The position numbers and the translations under genes are program-made. A stretch of 63,273 bases of DNA, counting the filler, from Welwitschia mirabilis (taxonomy: Eukaryota), in assembly GCA_051453625.1 (NCBI GenBank). It is 3 parts of one record of this genome, joined end to end, with 100 filler letters (N's around TTAATTAATTAA, not from the genome) between each part and the next. Parts side by side here need not be neighbours in the genome. Positions count along the whole stretch, not along the records: positions 1 to 30,508 come from JBOZIK010000001.1; positions 30,609 to 45,175 come from JBOZIK010000001.1; 1 more part is not named here. One strand, 5' to 3'. The notes under the pieces were generated by a model. The model saw nothing but the letters and a program-made list of their open reading frames with translations, was not told the DNA's origin and did not search any database. Shown here one piece after another: positions 27,920 to 41,759 of the stretch (the first letter of the stretch is position 1; the number at the start of each line of letters is the position of its first letter).

Positions 27920-30900
27920 ACCTCAAGGGGATAGGCCCTTATGCCAAGATCTTTTTTTTTTTTTTAAGAGAGTAAATCGTTCTTCACTGAGGGCTTTGGT
28001 CATGATGTCTGCGATTTCATGATCAGTATCAATATATTCTAATTCAACAATACCATCTTATACCTGATCTCTAATGAAATGATGTCTTATATATATATGG
28101 TTGGTACGAGAATGTTGTATAGGATTTTTTGCGATACTAATAGCACTTATATTGTCACGTTACATCTTGATCTCTCGAACTTTTACTCCAAAGTCAGTTA
28201 ACATTTGTTTCATCCGGGTGAGCTGGGCACCACAAGCTCCATCGGCTATGTATGTGGCTTCTGCTATGGACAAAGAAGTAGTATTTTGTTTTTGCTTAGC
28301 CAAGAAACAAGAGAATTACCCATAGAAAAACAAGCTCCACTTTTACTTTTCCTATTATCAATGGAACCTACCCAATCTACATCACTATATCAAACAAGAT
28401 CAAGAATAGTGTCATAAGGATATCACACTCCAAAATTGTGAGTGTATGTTAAGTATTTAAGAATTCTTTTGACACAAACATAGTGGGATTCTTTAGGAGT
28501 CGATTGGTATCTAGCACACTCACCAAAACTATGAGCTATGTCTAGCCTACTAGTTGTAACATATAAGAGGCTTTCTACTATGCCTCTAAAGAGTTTATAT
28601 TTCTTTGCCCCAACTTATCTTTGGTAACTTTAGCATGTGTGGATAGAGGTGTCTTTGAGTCCTTGCCATTGACCATATCATATTTTTTCAAGATATCTCT
28701 GATATATTTTGTTTGGCTTATAAATATTCTCTCTTTTAATTGCTTAATTTGTCACCTACCATACTCATTTCAACCTCTTTCTGCATAAGTTTAGCAAATT
28801 CTTAAGCAAATATGATTTTTGTTGAACCAAACACTATATCATTAACATAGATATGCACTATCAATTTATCTTTGTTCTCATGGTTGATAAATAAAGTAAG
28901 ATTAGCATTGCCATTGGAAAATCCATTTGAAAAAAAGTATTCAGCGTATCGGACCAAGCTCTAGGGGCTTGCTTTAAACCATACAAGGCTTTGTTGAGCT
29001 TATAAACAAAATCAGGAAATTTAGGATCTATGAAACTAGGGGGTTGAGCTACGTAAACTTCATTAGTAATATATTGTTTAGAAACGCACTTTGAACATCC
29101 ATTTGAAATAATTTGATTTTATGAAAGTAAGCAAAGACTAAAAACATTCGTATAGTTTCTAACCTAGCAACCAGAGAAAATGTTTTACCATAGTCTACAC
29201 CTTCATCTTAACTGTATCCTTGAGCAACCAATCGAGCGTTGTTTTGCATAACGTTATGATTTTCACCTCTTTTGTTCTTAAACACCATTTGGTTGCAATG
29301 ATGTGTTTTCCATGTGGAGGAGAGACTAAGTCCTAGACTTTCTTTCTTTCAAATTGATGGAGCTCATTTTGTATAACAAGCATCCATACTTCATCTTTTT
29401 CTGCTTCTTGAAAAGTTTTAGGTTCTAAACTGGAAAGAAAACATAGAAAACTAGGGTTGCTGTGCTTACCACTTCTAGTTGTAATGCCTAGATGTGGATC
29501 ACTTACTATGACTTCCATTGGATGACCTTCCTTGGTTCTTTGAGGCAAGGAATGACACGTTTGAGCATCTTCCATACTTTGTTTGTTGTCTGAGGTGGGT
29601 GAACGATCTTCAGAAATAGTACCAGTATTGGGTATTTCAACTATTGAGTCCATGTCATCTTTCCTGTCTAGAGCTGCAGAACTAACATTTATATCATCAA
29701 CTTTAACATGAACTAATTCTTCCATTTTACTTAAGGATTTATTAAAGGCTCTATATGCTTTGCTAATTGAGGAGTAGCCAATAAAAAAACCATCATCTGA
29801 TTTTGATTGAAACTTACTTAAAGGATTCTTATCCTTAAGAATTGCACACTTATCCCAAAGACTTTAACATAACTTACATTTGGTCTTTTACCATACCAAA
29901 GTGTTACAACAAATACTTTCAATGATGAAGTTTCTAGCTTAAGAAAACAAGATTTCTCCAGATTAGGACGTCCGCCCTATCTAATTGGGACGTCCGGCAT
30001 TCTACGCGGTTTTTTGTATTAGGATGTCCGTCCTGAGTAATCGGGACGTCCAGAGCTATACTCGGTTTTGTATACAGGGACGTTCGACTTGTCAAATTGG
30101 GACGTTCGACCCTGTTTACAGATCTATTATACTGGGATGTCCGACCCTGTATATGGACTTTTATACAGCGACGTCCGACCTACTAAACTGGGATGTTCGA
30201 CCCTGTTCTCAGTTGCCCAGAAGCGAAGATTAAAAACAGGGACGTCTGACCTTTGTCGATGGGACGTCCGAGGATATATTTGTTGACGTGAAATTATACA
30301 TATTTAAAGACGTTAACTGCGGCTTCCAACCTCCAACAGCTCTTCTATGTCTTGGATCTATATATACCTTCATGCAGTGGATTGAAGTACAATTGCTTAC
30401 CTTAAGAAAATATTACTTGAAGGAATTTGTATCAATATACAGAGATCTGGACTGAACTTGTGCAATCATTCATCATCATCAAGGATTGATCTGAAGCTCT
30501 CAATGCTGNNNNNNNNNNNNNNNNNNNNNNNNNNNNNNNNNNNNNNNNNNNNTTAATTAATTAANNNNNNNNNNNNNNNNNNNNNNNNNNNNNNNNNNNN
30601 NNNNNNNNTCTATTCTTTGACTGGTGTAAGAGGCTCAAGGATTTGAGCAAAAGGGTGGAGGCCCTACGAACTCCTTGTGAAGGAGGCTTTGTAAAGATCT
30701 TGGATTGAGGGAACCGGGAGGCTGATAGCTGTTTGCTGCCCCTTGAGGGTGGAGTAGGCTTGGCCGAACCACTATAAAATCTGGTGCTCTTGCTTTTCTG
30801 TTTTTCCTTCTAGTTGTTTATTCATTTATTATTCAAAATTTATGATACCAGATTTATATTTCTGCAAAAATTTATCAAAATATCGTTATTACCCTATTCA

Positions 30901-33302
30901 CCCACCCTCTAGGGTGCTTATATGATCCTAACACAAAGTTCATAGGCAGTTTTTTTTGTGCTTGGACAAAGAAAAACTCTATTGGAGATGTAACATGCGA
31001 TGTTGATCGCTTCAGCCCAAAAATGTTGAAATAAGGATGGTTCATTTAGCATTGTTCTAGCCATTTCAATTAGGACTCGATTTTTACTTTTCACCACACC
31101 ATTTTGTTGAGGAGTATGCAAAGTTGAAAATTGATAACCAATACCATTAGTACTACAAAAACTTTCAAGTTTGTCATTGTCGAACTCACATCCTCTATTT
31201 GTTTTGATAATTTTGATATAGTCACCTTGTTCCTTTTGAATTCTCCTGTAAACTTTAACAAACATTTCAAAAGCTTCATCTTTACTAGATAAAAAATCAA
31301 CCCAACAAAATCTAAAAGTCATCAACTATAACAAGGAAATATTTCCTGCCACCAATGCCTCTTGTTTGGATTGGCCCTACTAGATCTATATGAACGAGGT
31401 CCAAAGGTTGGTTTGGTGTGATATCCCTTTTGCTTGATAAACTAGATTTGTCCAATTTGCCCTTAATACATGCTATACATACCTTTGCTTGAGACACATT
31501 CAGTTTAGGAACACCCTTAATTATTTCTTTTGAGGATATTGTTCTTAAATCTCTAAGGTTTATGTGTCCTAATCATCTATGCCATAGATCAACTTCATTA
31601 GTTTAGCTAGATAATGTCCTTCATTAACCCTATCATCACCACCAATAACATGCATGCATATTGATGTATCACTAGTAAGGATTTCTTGACTACTGACAGC
31701 ATTGTGAACGATACACTTATTATGATAAAATGATACTATATTGTCTCTATCATACATTTGTGAAATACTAAGTAAGTTATGCTTTAAACCATTAATAAGA
31801 TAAACATCATTAATTATATGATGATGATTGGAAGCCACAATTGACTTTTACCTCTAATGTGTCCTTGTTATCTACAAATGTAACTTCACCCCCATCGTAT
31901 TCTTGAAAAGATGTCAGAAGACTCTTATTACTTGTCATGTGTCTAGAATAGTCACTATCAAGATACCATTGTGTCCTTTCTTGAGTTTTAAAGGCTACAT
32001 GAGCAAAGAGAGATGTAGTGGTATCTTTTCTCACCCATTGTTTCATGGTTTGCCCTTTTGGTGCCCATGATTTGGCAACAATTTTACTCATAAATCTAAA
32101 TTTGTCATTGGAATATCCAAAATATATAGATTTCTTATATGGACAAGTGAATTGCACATGCCCATATTTATTGTAGTAATAACATCTCAGGCGGACTTTA
32201 CTGAAAGGTTGCGATTTCATACTTGGATTGAAAAACTGAAAGATAGTGGGCTTACCTAAATGACTTCCTAAGCTAGATTTGTCAAAAGGCAATCTACCCA
32301 TGCTTAGGAGTTTATCAAGACTATCTTTTAGTTGAGTCAATCTTTTAGCGATCCTTCTAGAATCCTACAAATCTTTAGATAACTCCTCTATTTTGTTGTT
32401 AGCTTCCTTCAATTTAAGTTCTAGGTCAGCAATTCATTTTTTGAAAATCAAGTTATTCTTGCCAAGCTCTAGGCCAACACTATGTAACTCTTCATATGCC
32501 TCAAAAATATCATTATCATCAGAATCACTTTCAATTTGATTTTGAGTTTTTGAACACACTTGAACTTGTTTATCATTTAGAGTCAAATTGATGTGATTTG
32601 AACTACATCCTCATCAAGTATGGATATTAGCCCAAAGTTCAAGGGTTCTTCATTACTTGATTGAGCTTCATCTTCAAATCCATCATCCCACATTATTTTG
32701 AAGGCTTTCTTTCCTTTGGATTTTGTTTTCCTTTCCTTTTTCTTGTTTGCACACTCAGATGCAACATGACCATATTCTTTGCACTCATAACATTGAATGG
32801 ATGATGAGGAACTCATATCTTTGTCATTTATTTGCATAAACCCTCCTTTTGATGATGTAACTTCTTTCTTCTTTTGAGATTTTTTTAAAAGTTCTGTGTT
32901 AGCAAGGCTAGATCATTACCTTCTTCATTATTGCTTGAGGTCTCCTCTTTAGGTTCCTTGCTTGCTTTAAGAGTGATACTCTTTCTTTTAGGCATTTCAT
33001 CTTCTGAAATGAGAATGGCTTCATATGCCATTAGGAATCCTTTCAATTCCTCAACTCTTATTTTGTCAATATCTTTACTTTCTTCAATAGTAGCAGTCTT
33101 TAGTCTAAATTTTGTAGTCAGAATCCTAAGAATCTTTTTGACTACTCTATTCTCGGGAGCTCTTTCGCCTAGGCCCCACATGCTACTAACTATGTTGCTT
33201 ACCTTAGCGATTGTGCTACTGATTCTATTTGTTCCATACTAATATTCTCAAAATTTGGTGGCTAGAAGTTGCAGCTTTGAGTTCTTGACAATGTTTGTCC
33301 CT
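27920..33302 (-). pseudogene. Decayed gag-pol of element B (gag N-terminus continues at 36464-36758)
   Basis: CYECKEYGHVASEC, WYLDSDYSRHMT, DLVHIDLVGP, TPQQNGVV, VHIYVND and RNase H fragments; many stops and frameshifts. Confidence 0.9.
29902..30933 (+). mobile_element. SIRE-like LTR insertion ('C'), apparent solo LTR, inside the integrase of element B
   Basis: TGTTACAAC...GATCCTAACA with exact TSD CAAAG (29897-29901, 30934-30938); GGACGTCC arrays, TATATATA box, C-rich CCCTATTCACCCACCCTCT end. Contains a scaffold gap. Confidence 0.88.
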
Positions 33303-36180
33303 TGTTGAGCTATTCTCAAAGTTTCCCACATGTTATTTGTTGTCATACACTATACTACTCTATGATATTCTTGTTAAAAATAGTAGCCAAAAACAGCAGA
33401 AATAGGAAGCAAAACAACAACTGGTATCAAAGCCTGATTAGGGTTTACCTTAAGGGTGTTGCAGTGAAGGTTGGAAGATGCAGGAATTGTTGAAGCTTCT
33501 ACGAGAGAAGCTTATGAACAGAAGAGCTTGTTGGAGCATTGTACCAGTTGGATACGTTTCTTTGAGACAAAGCGTGATGGAGACGTTGCAAATGACAAAT
33601 ATGCTTGTTAGCAGAAACTGGAACATTTGAAGTGTTCTAATGAAAGCCACTTTGGCACAGAAGGAGTGCCTTGAAGTCTAGAGCCTCTGANNNNNNNNNN
33701 NNNNNNNNNNNNNNNNNNNNNNNNNNNNNNNNNNNNNNNNNNNNNNNNNNNNNNNNNNNNNNNNNNNNNNNNNNNNNNNNNNNNNNNNNNGCCACTTTGG
33801 CACAGAAGGAGTGCCTTGAAGCTCTAGAGTCTAAGGTATACATGCTTCCAAGGTATACATGCTGAGAGATGCAACAGAACATTGCTATAATGTGCTAGAT
33901 CCATGGTCGAGTTGCATGTCTGTCTAAGGTTTTCTAGGCAGAAGCAGTGGTAATAGTTGCATATATAGTGAACAGGTCTCCTCATTCCTCTCTCAATAAT
34001 GGAGTTCCAGAGATTCCTTGGACCAGTAAAAATGTTTCTTACAAGCATCTAAGGGTTTTCAGGTGTGAGGCCTACATGCNNNNNNNNNNNGAGAGTAGGA
34101 CAAAATGGCAAGACATAGCCAAATGGTGTATATTTGTTGGATATGGTGAAGATGCTCTTGGTTATAGACTGTGGGATCCGGAGGCAAAACGAGTTGTCAG
34201 ATCTCATGATGTTAGATTCAGAGAACACGTAATATTCCATTGCCACCAAGATGGTAATCACAAGACTCTAATTTTGGCATCCCACAAAAGTCTATGAGTT
34301 TTTCAAAAGATGTTGAGACAGAGGCTGAACAGATTCCTGACAAAATATATGAAGAAAATGTTTCAGAAGGTGAAAATCAACAAGCTATAGATGATGAGAC
34401 TTCCTTGGATGAAGGGGAAGAGCAATTGGAAGAGGATGAATCACCTCTTCCTGCATCACATAGGGTGAGGCGTACAGCTAGAGCTACACGTCCACCAGAC
34501 AGGTATTCTGCATCATTACATTATGTTCTTTATACTAATTATGGAGAATCTAAAATAGTAGAAGAGGCTTTATCTTGTGTTGTTGTTGCCAAGTGAAAGG
34601 CAGCTATGGAGGAGAAGTCGAAATCTTTGTAGGACAATAAAACATGGAAGTTGGTTACTTTGCCCAAGGGGTGCAAAGCTCTTCATAGCAGGTGGATCTT
34701 TAGAATTAAAGATGAGGCTAATGGAAAGAAGCACTACAAGGGCAGGTTGGTAGTAAAAGGTTAAGCCCAAAAGCCAGGCATTGGTTTGCTCCTGTTGTAA
34801 AGCATTCAACAATCAGGATAGTTCTTTCCTTGGTTGCTTGCTTGGACTTAGAGCTAGAACAATTGGATGTTAAGAAAACATTTCTGAATGGGGAGTTGGG
34901 GACCTTGATGAAGAAATCTATTTGCATCAACCAGAGGGGTATTCAGACCAGTAAAGTCCTAATCTGGTTTGCAAGCTACGAAAGAGCTTGTGTGGCTTGA
35001 AACAAGCTCCTAGATAGTGGTATAAAAGGTTTGATACATTTATGAAGCAACAGTCTTACCAAAGGAGTCAGTTTGACCATTGTGTTTACTTCTTTAGAAG
35101 TGTTACAGGTAAATTTGTCATTCTGCTTTTGTATGTAGATGACATGTTGGTGGCATGGAATGATGTAGCTGAAATTAAACACTTAAAAACAACAATGAAG
35201 AAGCAATTTGAGATGAAAGATCTTGGGCAAGCTAATCAAATTTCGTGGATGAGAGTAATTATAGACAAAAAGCAGAGGAAGGTGTGGCTCAGCCAGAGTG
35301 ATTACATTAACAAAGTTCGTCAACGTTTTGGCATGTTAGATGGAAAACCGGTAAGCACACCATTGGCATCACATTTTAAGTTGTCAAAAGAAGATTGCCC
35401 ACATTCAAATGGAGAATTTGACAAAGTTGAAAAGGTGCCCTACACTTTTGCAGTGGGATCTTTCATGTATGCAATGGTCTATACTCGTCCTGATATTGCT
35501 TATGCTGTAGGTGAGGTCAGCAAATTTATGACAAACTATGGTTACAACCATTGGCTAGTTGTTCAGTGGACTCTTAGATATCTGAAGGCACCACAAAAGG
35601 ATTGCTTATGCTTTAGAAATGGCAAGTTATCCATTCAAGGATTTGTGGATGCAAATTTTGCAACAGACTCAGATAGTAGACGCTCTTCTACTGGCTATGC
35701 ATTCATGCTTGCAAGGGCTGCAATTAGTTGGTTGTTTGGTTGCAGCCATTAGTGACTTTGTCCACCACTGAAGCGGAATATGTGGCACTTACTAAAGCTT
35801 GCAAGGAGATGATCTGGTTGCAAAGGTTTCTTGCTTCTCTTGGTCTAAAACAAGGCAAATATTTTGTGTTTTGTGATAGTCAAAGTGTAATACATCTTAC
35901 TAGGAATTCAGCTTTTCATGTTAGGACAAAACAAATTGATATCAGATTTCATTTTGTAAGATAAATTGTTAAATGTGGGGTCGGTTAGCATTTAAAAGAT
36001 TCATATGAAGTTTAATGTTGTTGATTCTCTTACAAAGGAGGTCGCAGTGGAGAAGCATAACTTCTGTAAAGGAAAACTTGAAATTGCCATAACTTGAGCA
36101 ATGGGCAGCAAAGGGACACTTTGAAGCAATGCATCTCTTCTGATTCTTGTGGGCTGGTTAGATTTGTCGTCAATGCAGGG
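33303..36180 (+). mobile_element. Internally deleted Tork/Tnt1-like Ty1/copia ('D') inserted in the gag of element B
   Basis: TGTTGAG...AACAACA (33303-33419), then PBS TGGTATCAAAGCC (33422-33434); integrase C-terminus (GYRLWDPE), RT (LLLYVDDMLV, TRPDIAYAVG) and RNase H (LSTTEAEY, CDSQS). No matching 3' LTR. Confidence 0.88.
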
Positions 36181-36808
36181 GAAACCACAGAAGCAATGCA
36201 AAGCTCTCTTAATATTTTAAGAAAAGTAGTCCAACGACACAAGCCGTCCTTAATAGCCAAAGTGTTCTGAATGTCTTGCTCCTCCCTCAAAACTCTTCCC
36301 CTTAAATAGGCTCACTTTAGGTTAAAAACTCTACTTTTACATTGACTTTATAAATAGCCCCCTCTCACTTTANNNNNNNNNNNNNNNNNNNNNNNNNNNN
36401 NNNNNNNNNTATTATAAGGGAAAAATAAAAGATACAAAAGAAGATTTGACTTCAACTCCAACAATTCTTTAGTCGACAGTGCACAAATAATGGCATTCAT
36501 TGCTAGTGCATTAATTTGAGCCATCCTATTGCCATTAAGATCCCACTTGTTGCTGGGTTTCAACACTACATTCCCATCCTTGTCAACATCTTTTGGAGGT
36601 TTATAACCATTTTCAACTACTGCCCAAATATCGGGATTGAGAGAGGTTAAAAATATACTCAATTTGGACCTCCAATAAGCATAATTGCTACTGTTGATGA
36701 AAGGAGGTCTGGATACAGCTTGACCTTCTGGATAATTCAGATAGCTGGAGGATGCCATGAATTCTGTACCTACACTTAAACAAAAGATTGTGCAGATCTA
36801 GAGCACCA

Positions 36809-36821
36809 GGCTCTGATACCA
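36809..36821 (-). promoter_or_regulatory. Primer-binding site (tRNA-iMet) of element B
   Basis: Minus strand reads TGGTATCAGAGCC, 2 nt from the LTR end. Confidence 0.92.
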
Positions 36822-36823
36822 AT

Positions 36824-37889
36824 CGTTAAGATCATATGGCACCCTAAAGGGGGGTGTGAACAAGGTAAGATTATAAATTTTGCAACTACACCACTTACAT
36901 ATATAGAAAGTTAAAACTGCGAAGAATGATAATGAAAAAATTGAGAGAGAAAATAAAGAAATTGTGCTCTAGTAGTTTAAAGTGGTTCAGCCTAAAGCCT
37001 ACTCAACTCTCAGGGGGCGGTAACTGCTATCAGCCTTCTGGTTTCCTTAATTCCAAAGGTTACTTACAACATCCCTATCACCAAGGATCTTTTTCAGCCT
37101 TTACACCAAGCTCAAGTTAGTGAACGATTTCTAGAAAAATACAAAAGTGAAATCTGATGATGTGGTGCCTTACTTCTATGCACAGTACATCAACCTGAAG
37201 AACGGAATAAAAGATCCTCCAAATAGAGATGATTGCTTAGTGTGGTACAGGAAAGAAAAACGATGACACTAGTTTGAGTATATTCACTTGACAGAATGAT
37301 ATCACAACAATTTTGCTTGTCAAAGTCTCAAAAGGTATTTTTGGCAAATGATTATTACAAATTTATAGAGCTCTTTAGACAATAGTTCTCAAAAACCTCA
37401 TAGAGAGTATGTCTGATGTTGGTTAGCATGCCAAAAGAATATTTGAGACGGTGGCGTCTTGATTTCTTGGAATCGAAAGTCTTAACAGATAGCTTTTTGC
37501 ACCCACGCTCACCTTGCCGAACGTCTCATATGAAAAATCCATACGTCTTGATTTTAAAGCTAGGTTTCTGATAAAACTGAGAGGGGCTCTGAACGACCCA
37601 AAATAACAATTCAGACATCCTAGTATTACAAGACAGCATTAAGACCCAGACATCCCAGTTTCACAGGGTGGATGTCCTCATACAAGAAGTAACATATAGG
37701 GTCGGACGTCCTAGTTTCATAGGGCGGATGTCCCCGTACAAGAAGCAGCATACAGGGTCGGACGTCTCGGTTTCACAAGCCAAACATCCCAGAATAATAG
37801 GGTCGCTTGGTTTATCTCAGACTATTTGGATTTGTTGCCTTTCCCTAATCTTGCACCTTAAATCATCATTGAAATATAATTCTCCAACA
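36824..37889 (-). repeat. 5' LTR of element B
   Basis: Collinear with 16704-17730; ends TCTCCAACA then the TSD CTACT. Confidence 0.93.
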
Positions 37890-39847
37890 CTACTGCCAGC
37901 AAATGTCTCTCATGATAGGCGAGGATGAAGAGTAGGTAGTTAGAGTTTCATTTTCCACTGCAAAAATGGTCTTCTTGAGATTTGTTTGGAACTTGACACA
38001 ATAAAACATTCAATGTTGTTTATTAGTTTCTTCCCTTTCTTGAGATTTAGTAGCATCTATTTTGCATTTGCAATAGAAAAATGACTTAGAAGAAGAATAA
38101 AGCATGACAATTATGCAAAGCTGGAACAAAAGTGATAAAAGCCATATGCAACTTTTGCGAAGCAAACATTTTTGGAGGTGGTACTTGTTTAAGATATCAT
38201 TTAGCAGGGCAAATGCCTTGATTTAAGATAGCAAATAATAGAAGAAATTATACAAGAACGTGTAGCCATGCTTGCCAAAAAAGATGAAAGATGCAAAGCA
38301 AGCCAATAAGCAAAAAAGCTAATGGCAAGGAGAGCTGCAGTCAAACAATCCTCACCTACTCACCTTGATCCACAAGATGTGAAAGATTTAAATCCCATGC
38401 TTCTGAATTGATATATAACCCTTGTGCTTGAATTTGGAAGTGGACTAGAGATGTTTTAGAGTTTTTTTTTAGTTAAGCAAGTGCTTTAGTGGAAAGAAGA
38501 AATAGTGCTGGAACATAAATGCTAGTGCCCCTTCTCTGTCAATGGGGCGATCAACATTATACAATACACCATCGGTGAAGAAACATGTGCATGAAGCTAA
38601 AAAGAAAATGACTGCACTTTGATATTATCATATATCTAGAGCATAAATTTGAAACAGCATTTACAGGATAGGACTTGGTAAAGTTTGGTCTCTCTGATTA
38701 CTTTTCAGAAATTTTCAGAATTTCCAAGCTGCAGTCAGAATTTTAAGAATTTTCAGAAATCTTTAGAATCGTCGATAATCAGAAATTCTGGGAAGTCTGA
38801 TGAACAGAGAACAAAAGTCTGAAAATCTGAAAATGGCCAGAATTAACTCTTAAGATTTCGAGGAATGGATCAAACACATAGCAGATCAGCTCTAAATTTG
38901 AAGAAATGTAGACATCGGTAAGAATCCAAGTTGAAAGCATCGAAGAATCAAGATTCTCAAAGATTCATGTATTGGATATTTAACTTCATGCATGTACCTC
39001 AAATTTCTCTAATCATCCCTAAAATTTCAGAGTAAATCCCTTCATTGGAAATAAAGTCTTTGACATATGTCCTATCATGTGTAACCCTTCCTAACCCAGA
39101 TCCCCCATAAATCCCTAGTCCTCATTATTCACAAAAATTTTTTTAAAAAAAAAGCAGAGAGATCTTAAGTTTTCCAGAAACAAGGGATCCAAAAAGTGGA
39201 ATTCTGAAAAAAAACATCATAAAAGCCATCAAATTTCTGAAACAAGCTGCTACACTGTAGATCCTTGTTGCACTTCCTCGGTCAATCAGATTTCCCACGT
39301 CCTCTTAATCGTTTGTCTTGTAGCTTAATTTTGGATCATCAAATTCAAATTTTTATCTGAAAAATCTTCTGCTATATAATTTTGTATATTCAGGATAACT
39401 GTTTCTAGTATTTCTCCAATATTCTCTAGTTTCTGAAAATCAACGAATTTTGTTAGATGATTTCCTTTGAAAATGTTTCAAGTTGTTTACAATCCATTTT
39501 TAGATCATTTCATAATTGGAACGAATAATTTGAAGGAATGGTTTGAAAATTATTTGAATCTACTATCTAGTTCAAAAATAATCTAGGTTATTGAAATTCT
39601 GGTTATTTGTGCATAATCCGAATTTCTGTTAAATTCCTAAAAATTGTTCTTTGAGATCTTTAAAATTTCTTCTTAGCATGGTTTTCAAATAAAATAAATT
39701 TATTTTGAAGATCTTGTAATGAATCTCCATATTTTCTTGATTTCAAATATCTAAACAAAATTATATGAAGACAAGACTATGACAATAAACAAAAAGATTT
39801 GTAGAACAAATATAAAATCTAAAGCCAAAAATAGGATCCAACAATAT

Positions 39848-39865
39848 TGGCACACCCGGTGGGAC
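39848..39865 (+). promoter_or_regulatory. Primer-binding site of the Tat/Ogre-like gypsy element (tRNA-Arg type)
   Basis: TGGCACACCCGGTGGGAC lies 4 nt after an LTR-type AACA end and resembles the Ogre PBS TGGCACGCCCAGTGGGAC. Confidence 0.7.
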
Positions 39866-40439
39866 ACATGTAGTCTACATCCATAAATTCCTGTTATAGG
39901 ATTTAAGAATACGCTCAAATTTTAGCTAAAGGAAGTAAGTCCTACACCCAAGAAGAAATTTTAAAAGCAGCTGAATACCAAAATTATTAGATGCAATTCT
40001 TAAATCATAAAACAGGATCAACATGAAGATTGGCCAGAGAAAAGCTTTTACTCCCACCTGAAGAAGAAAATCATACGATATAAATCCATTTGCAACACAT
40101 AAAATGGACATAACCTATAAACACCCACAAGATGATGAGTTCCCCTTAGATGATGAAGATTATGTCAAGATAACTAACTTTTTAAATCAACATTATAAAC
40201 TCGCAACAAGACTTTGAAATAAGATAAAGCAAGCCTTGAAAGCAGAATCATGTGAAAGTACAAGTTGAGGTCAAGAAGACAGGCCAAAGTATACTATAGG
40301 GGATAGGATTCACAACATAACAAATGATGCAATTGGAATAACCAAAAAATATTATATGTGTATATATCTAACTCTTTGATGAAAATTCCACTAGAACTTT
40401 AAAATGTAATCCACTCATAAAACATGTCACCTCTAGTCC

Positions 40440-41603
40440 AATAGAAAAACTTTGAAACAAAGGCAGACTGATATAACTTACGATCTCATGGGTTCTCCAA
40501 CCTGTCCCTTAGATCCGAGATGAAAATTACTTCCTTGTGAGATTCCCGAATTTGAAGACTTTAATAGAGTTGAAGATCATGTTATGCATATTCGCAACTT
40601 TAAACATAGCTATTCTTTACATCAAATTGGTCCTGAGACTGCTCTGCACTTAATTTGTCACTCTTTACATGGCTCTACCCTTGAATGGTATCTTAGGCTT
40701 CTTGCCCGTTTGATTGTATCTGTTAAGCAAATGTTCCAACTCTTTACAAAACAGTATTTGATCAATTCATCACATCATGTCTTGGTTGAAAAATTAACTA
40801 ATCTAAGACAAACGCAAGATGAGAGTATAACCATGTTTGCAAGGAGGCGGAAGGAAACAACACTTCAATTCAAATTTCATGTACCTAAATAAGAAATGAC
40901 AGTCTTGTTTGCCAAATCATCTAACCCTTATGTCTCGAAGTTTCTTAGAATGCAACATTTTGACAACTTTGAATGCACTGTGAGTTTAGCACAAAGGATA
41001 GAAATCATTGGAAAAGAAAGTGGTGAGGTGAAAAATCCTAATAATGTTCCCTCTTCAAAATCCTTCAAAAAGAAAAATTCTACATCAACATCTCAAGTTA
41101 TTTCTATGGTTGAAAGCTCTTCTAATTAACCAAAGTCAAATAACTTGCCTCCTTTGCAAATCGACAATCAAGCATTTCCAGTTAGATCCAACTACATAAG
41201 CAACCCACAATCCAAAAGAACATTTTCGAAATTAAATGTTTCTTTAGCCCAAATTCTTTCCATGTTATTAGCCAAGGGGGCAATTGAATTACCTCTGATT
41301 AAAGAAATTAATCCTAATATTCCTAAGCCAAAATGGTATAACAAAAACGAATTTTGCCAATACCACAAGGTTAAAAGGCATGATACCAAAAATTGCTGGA
41401 ACTTAAAGCACATCGTGTTGGACATTTTAGTGGGGGTAAAAAGGCAAATTAAATTGGAGTCCCCATTTGTAGCACCTAATGGAAACCTGCAAATATTCCA
41501 AAATCCTTTCCCAAGCAGTGGATCTTTTACTCCTTCTTCTCAGCCACAGAATGCCATAATTAAGGATAGATGCAAAACCTTACACAACTTTTATGATTCA
41601 TAA
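40440..41603 (+). pseudogene. Decayed gypsy (Tat/Ogre-type) gag
   Basis: SLHGSTLEWYLRL...LTNLRQTQDESITMFARR (retrotransposon gag) and KWYNKNEFCQYHKVKRHDTKNCWNLK (Ogre/Tat-type Cys-His motif). Confidence 0.8.
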
Positions 41604-41759
41604 GGATTCTTCTGCTACACATAATTGTCAACTTGATGAAAATACTCAAAGGTTGGAAAATCTAGTTTCATAGTTCCCAGTCACACAATCTGAAGACTTA
41701 CTCAACCAATTCAAATATGGATGAAAGCAAAAATTATCATAATCTAAAAACTTTTAAAA

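Larger units (their letters stand above)
16704..37889 (-). mobile_element. Full-length decayed SIRE/Sirevirus-like Ty1/copia ('element B') hosting three insertions
   Basis: Paired LTRs 16704-17730 and 36824-37889; exact TSD CTACT (16699-16703, 37890-37894); perfect tRNA-iMet PBS; multiple PPTs; gag (MASSS...SRPPF), protease (WYLDS), integrase, RT, RNase H and env-like remnants in copia order. Confidence 0.95.
16485..41700 (+). mobile_element. Truncated Ty3/gypsy (Tat/Ogre-like): split 5' LTR (~16485-16703 + 37895-39843), PBS and decayed gag
   Basis: LTR ends ...GGATCCAACA at 39843; PBS TGGCACACCCGGTGGGAC follows; gag remnants at 40440-41600. The left LTR boundary is approximate, inferred from where the copia RT stops. 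Confidence 0.7.

Noticed and set aside
30553..30564. Palindromic TTAATTAATTAA inside N runs (also 45220-45231)
   Set aside because: Artificial six-frame-stop scaffold linker, not biological.
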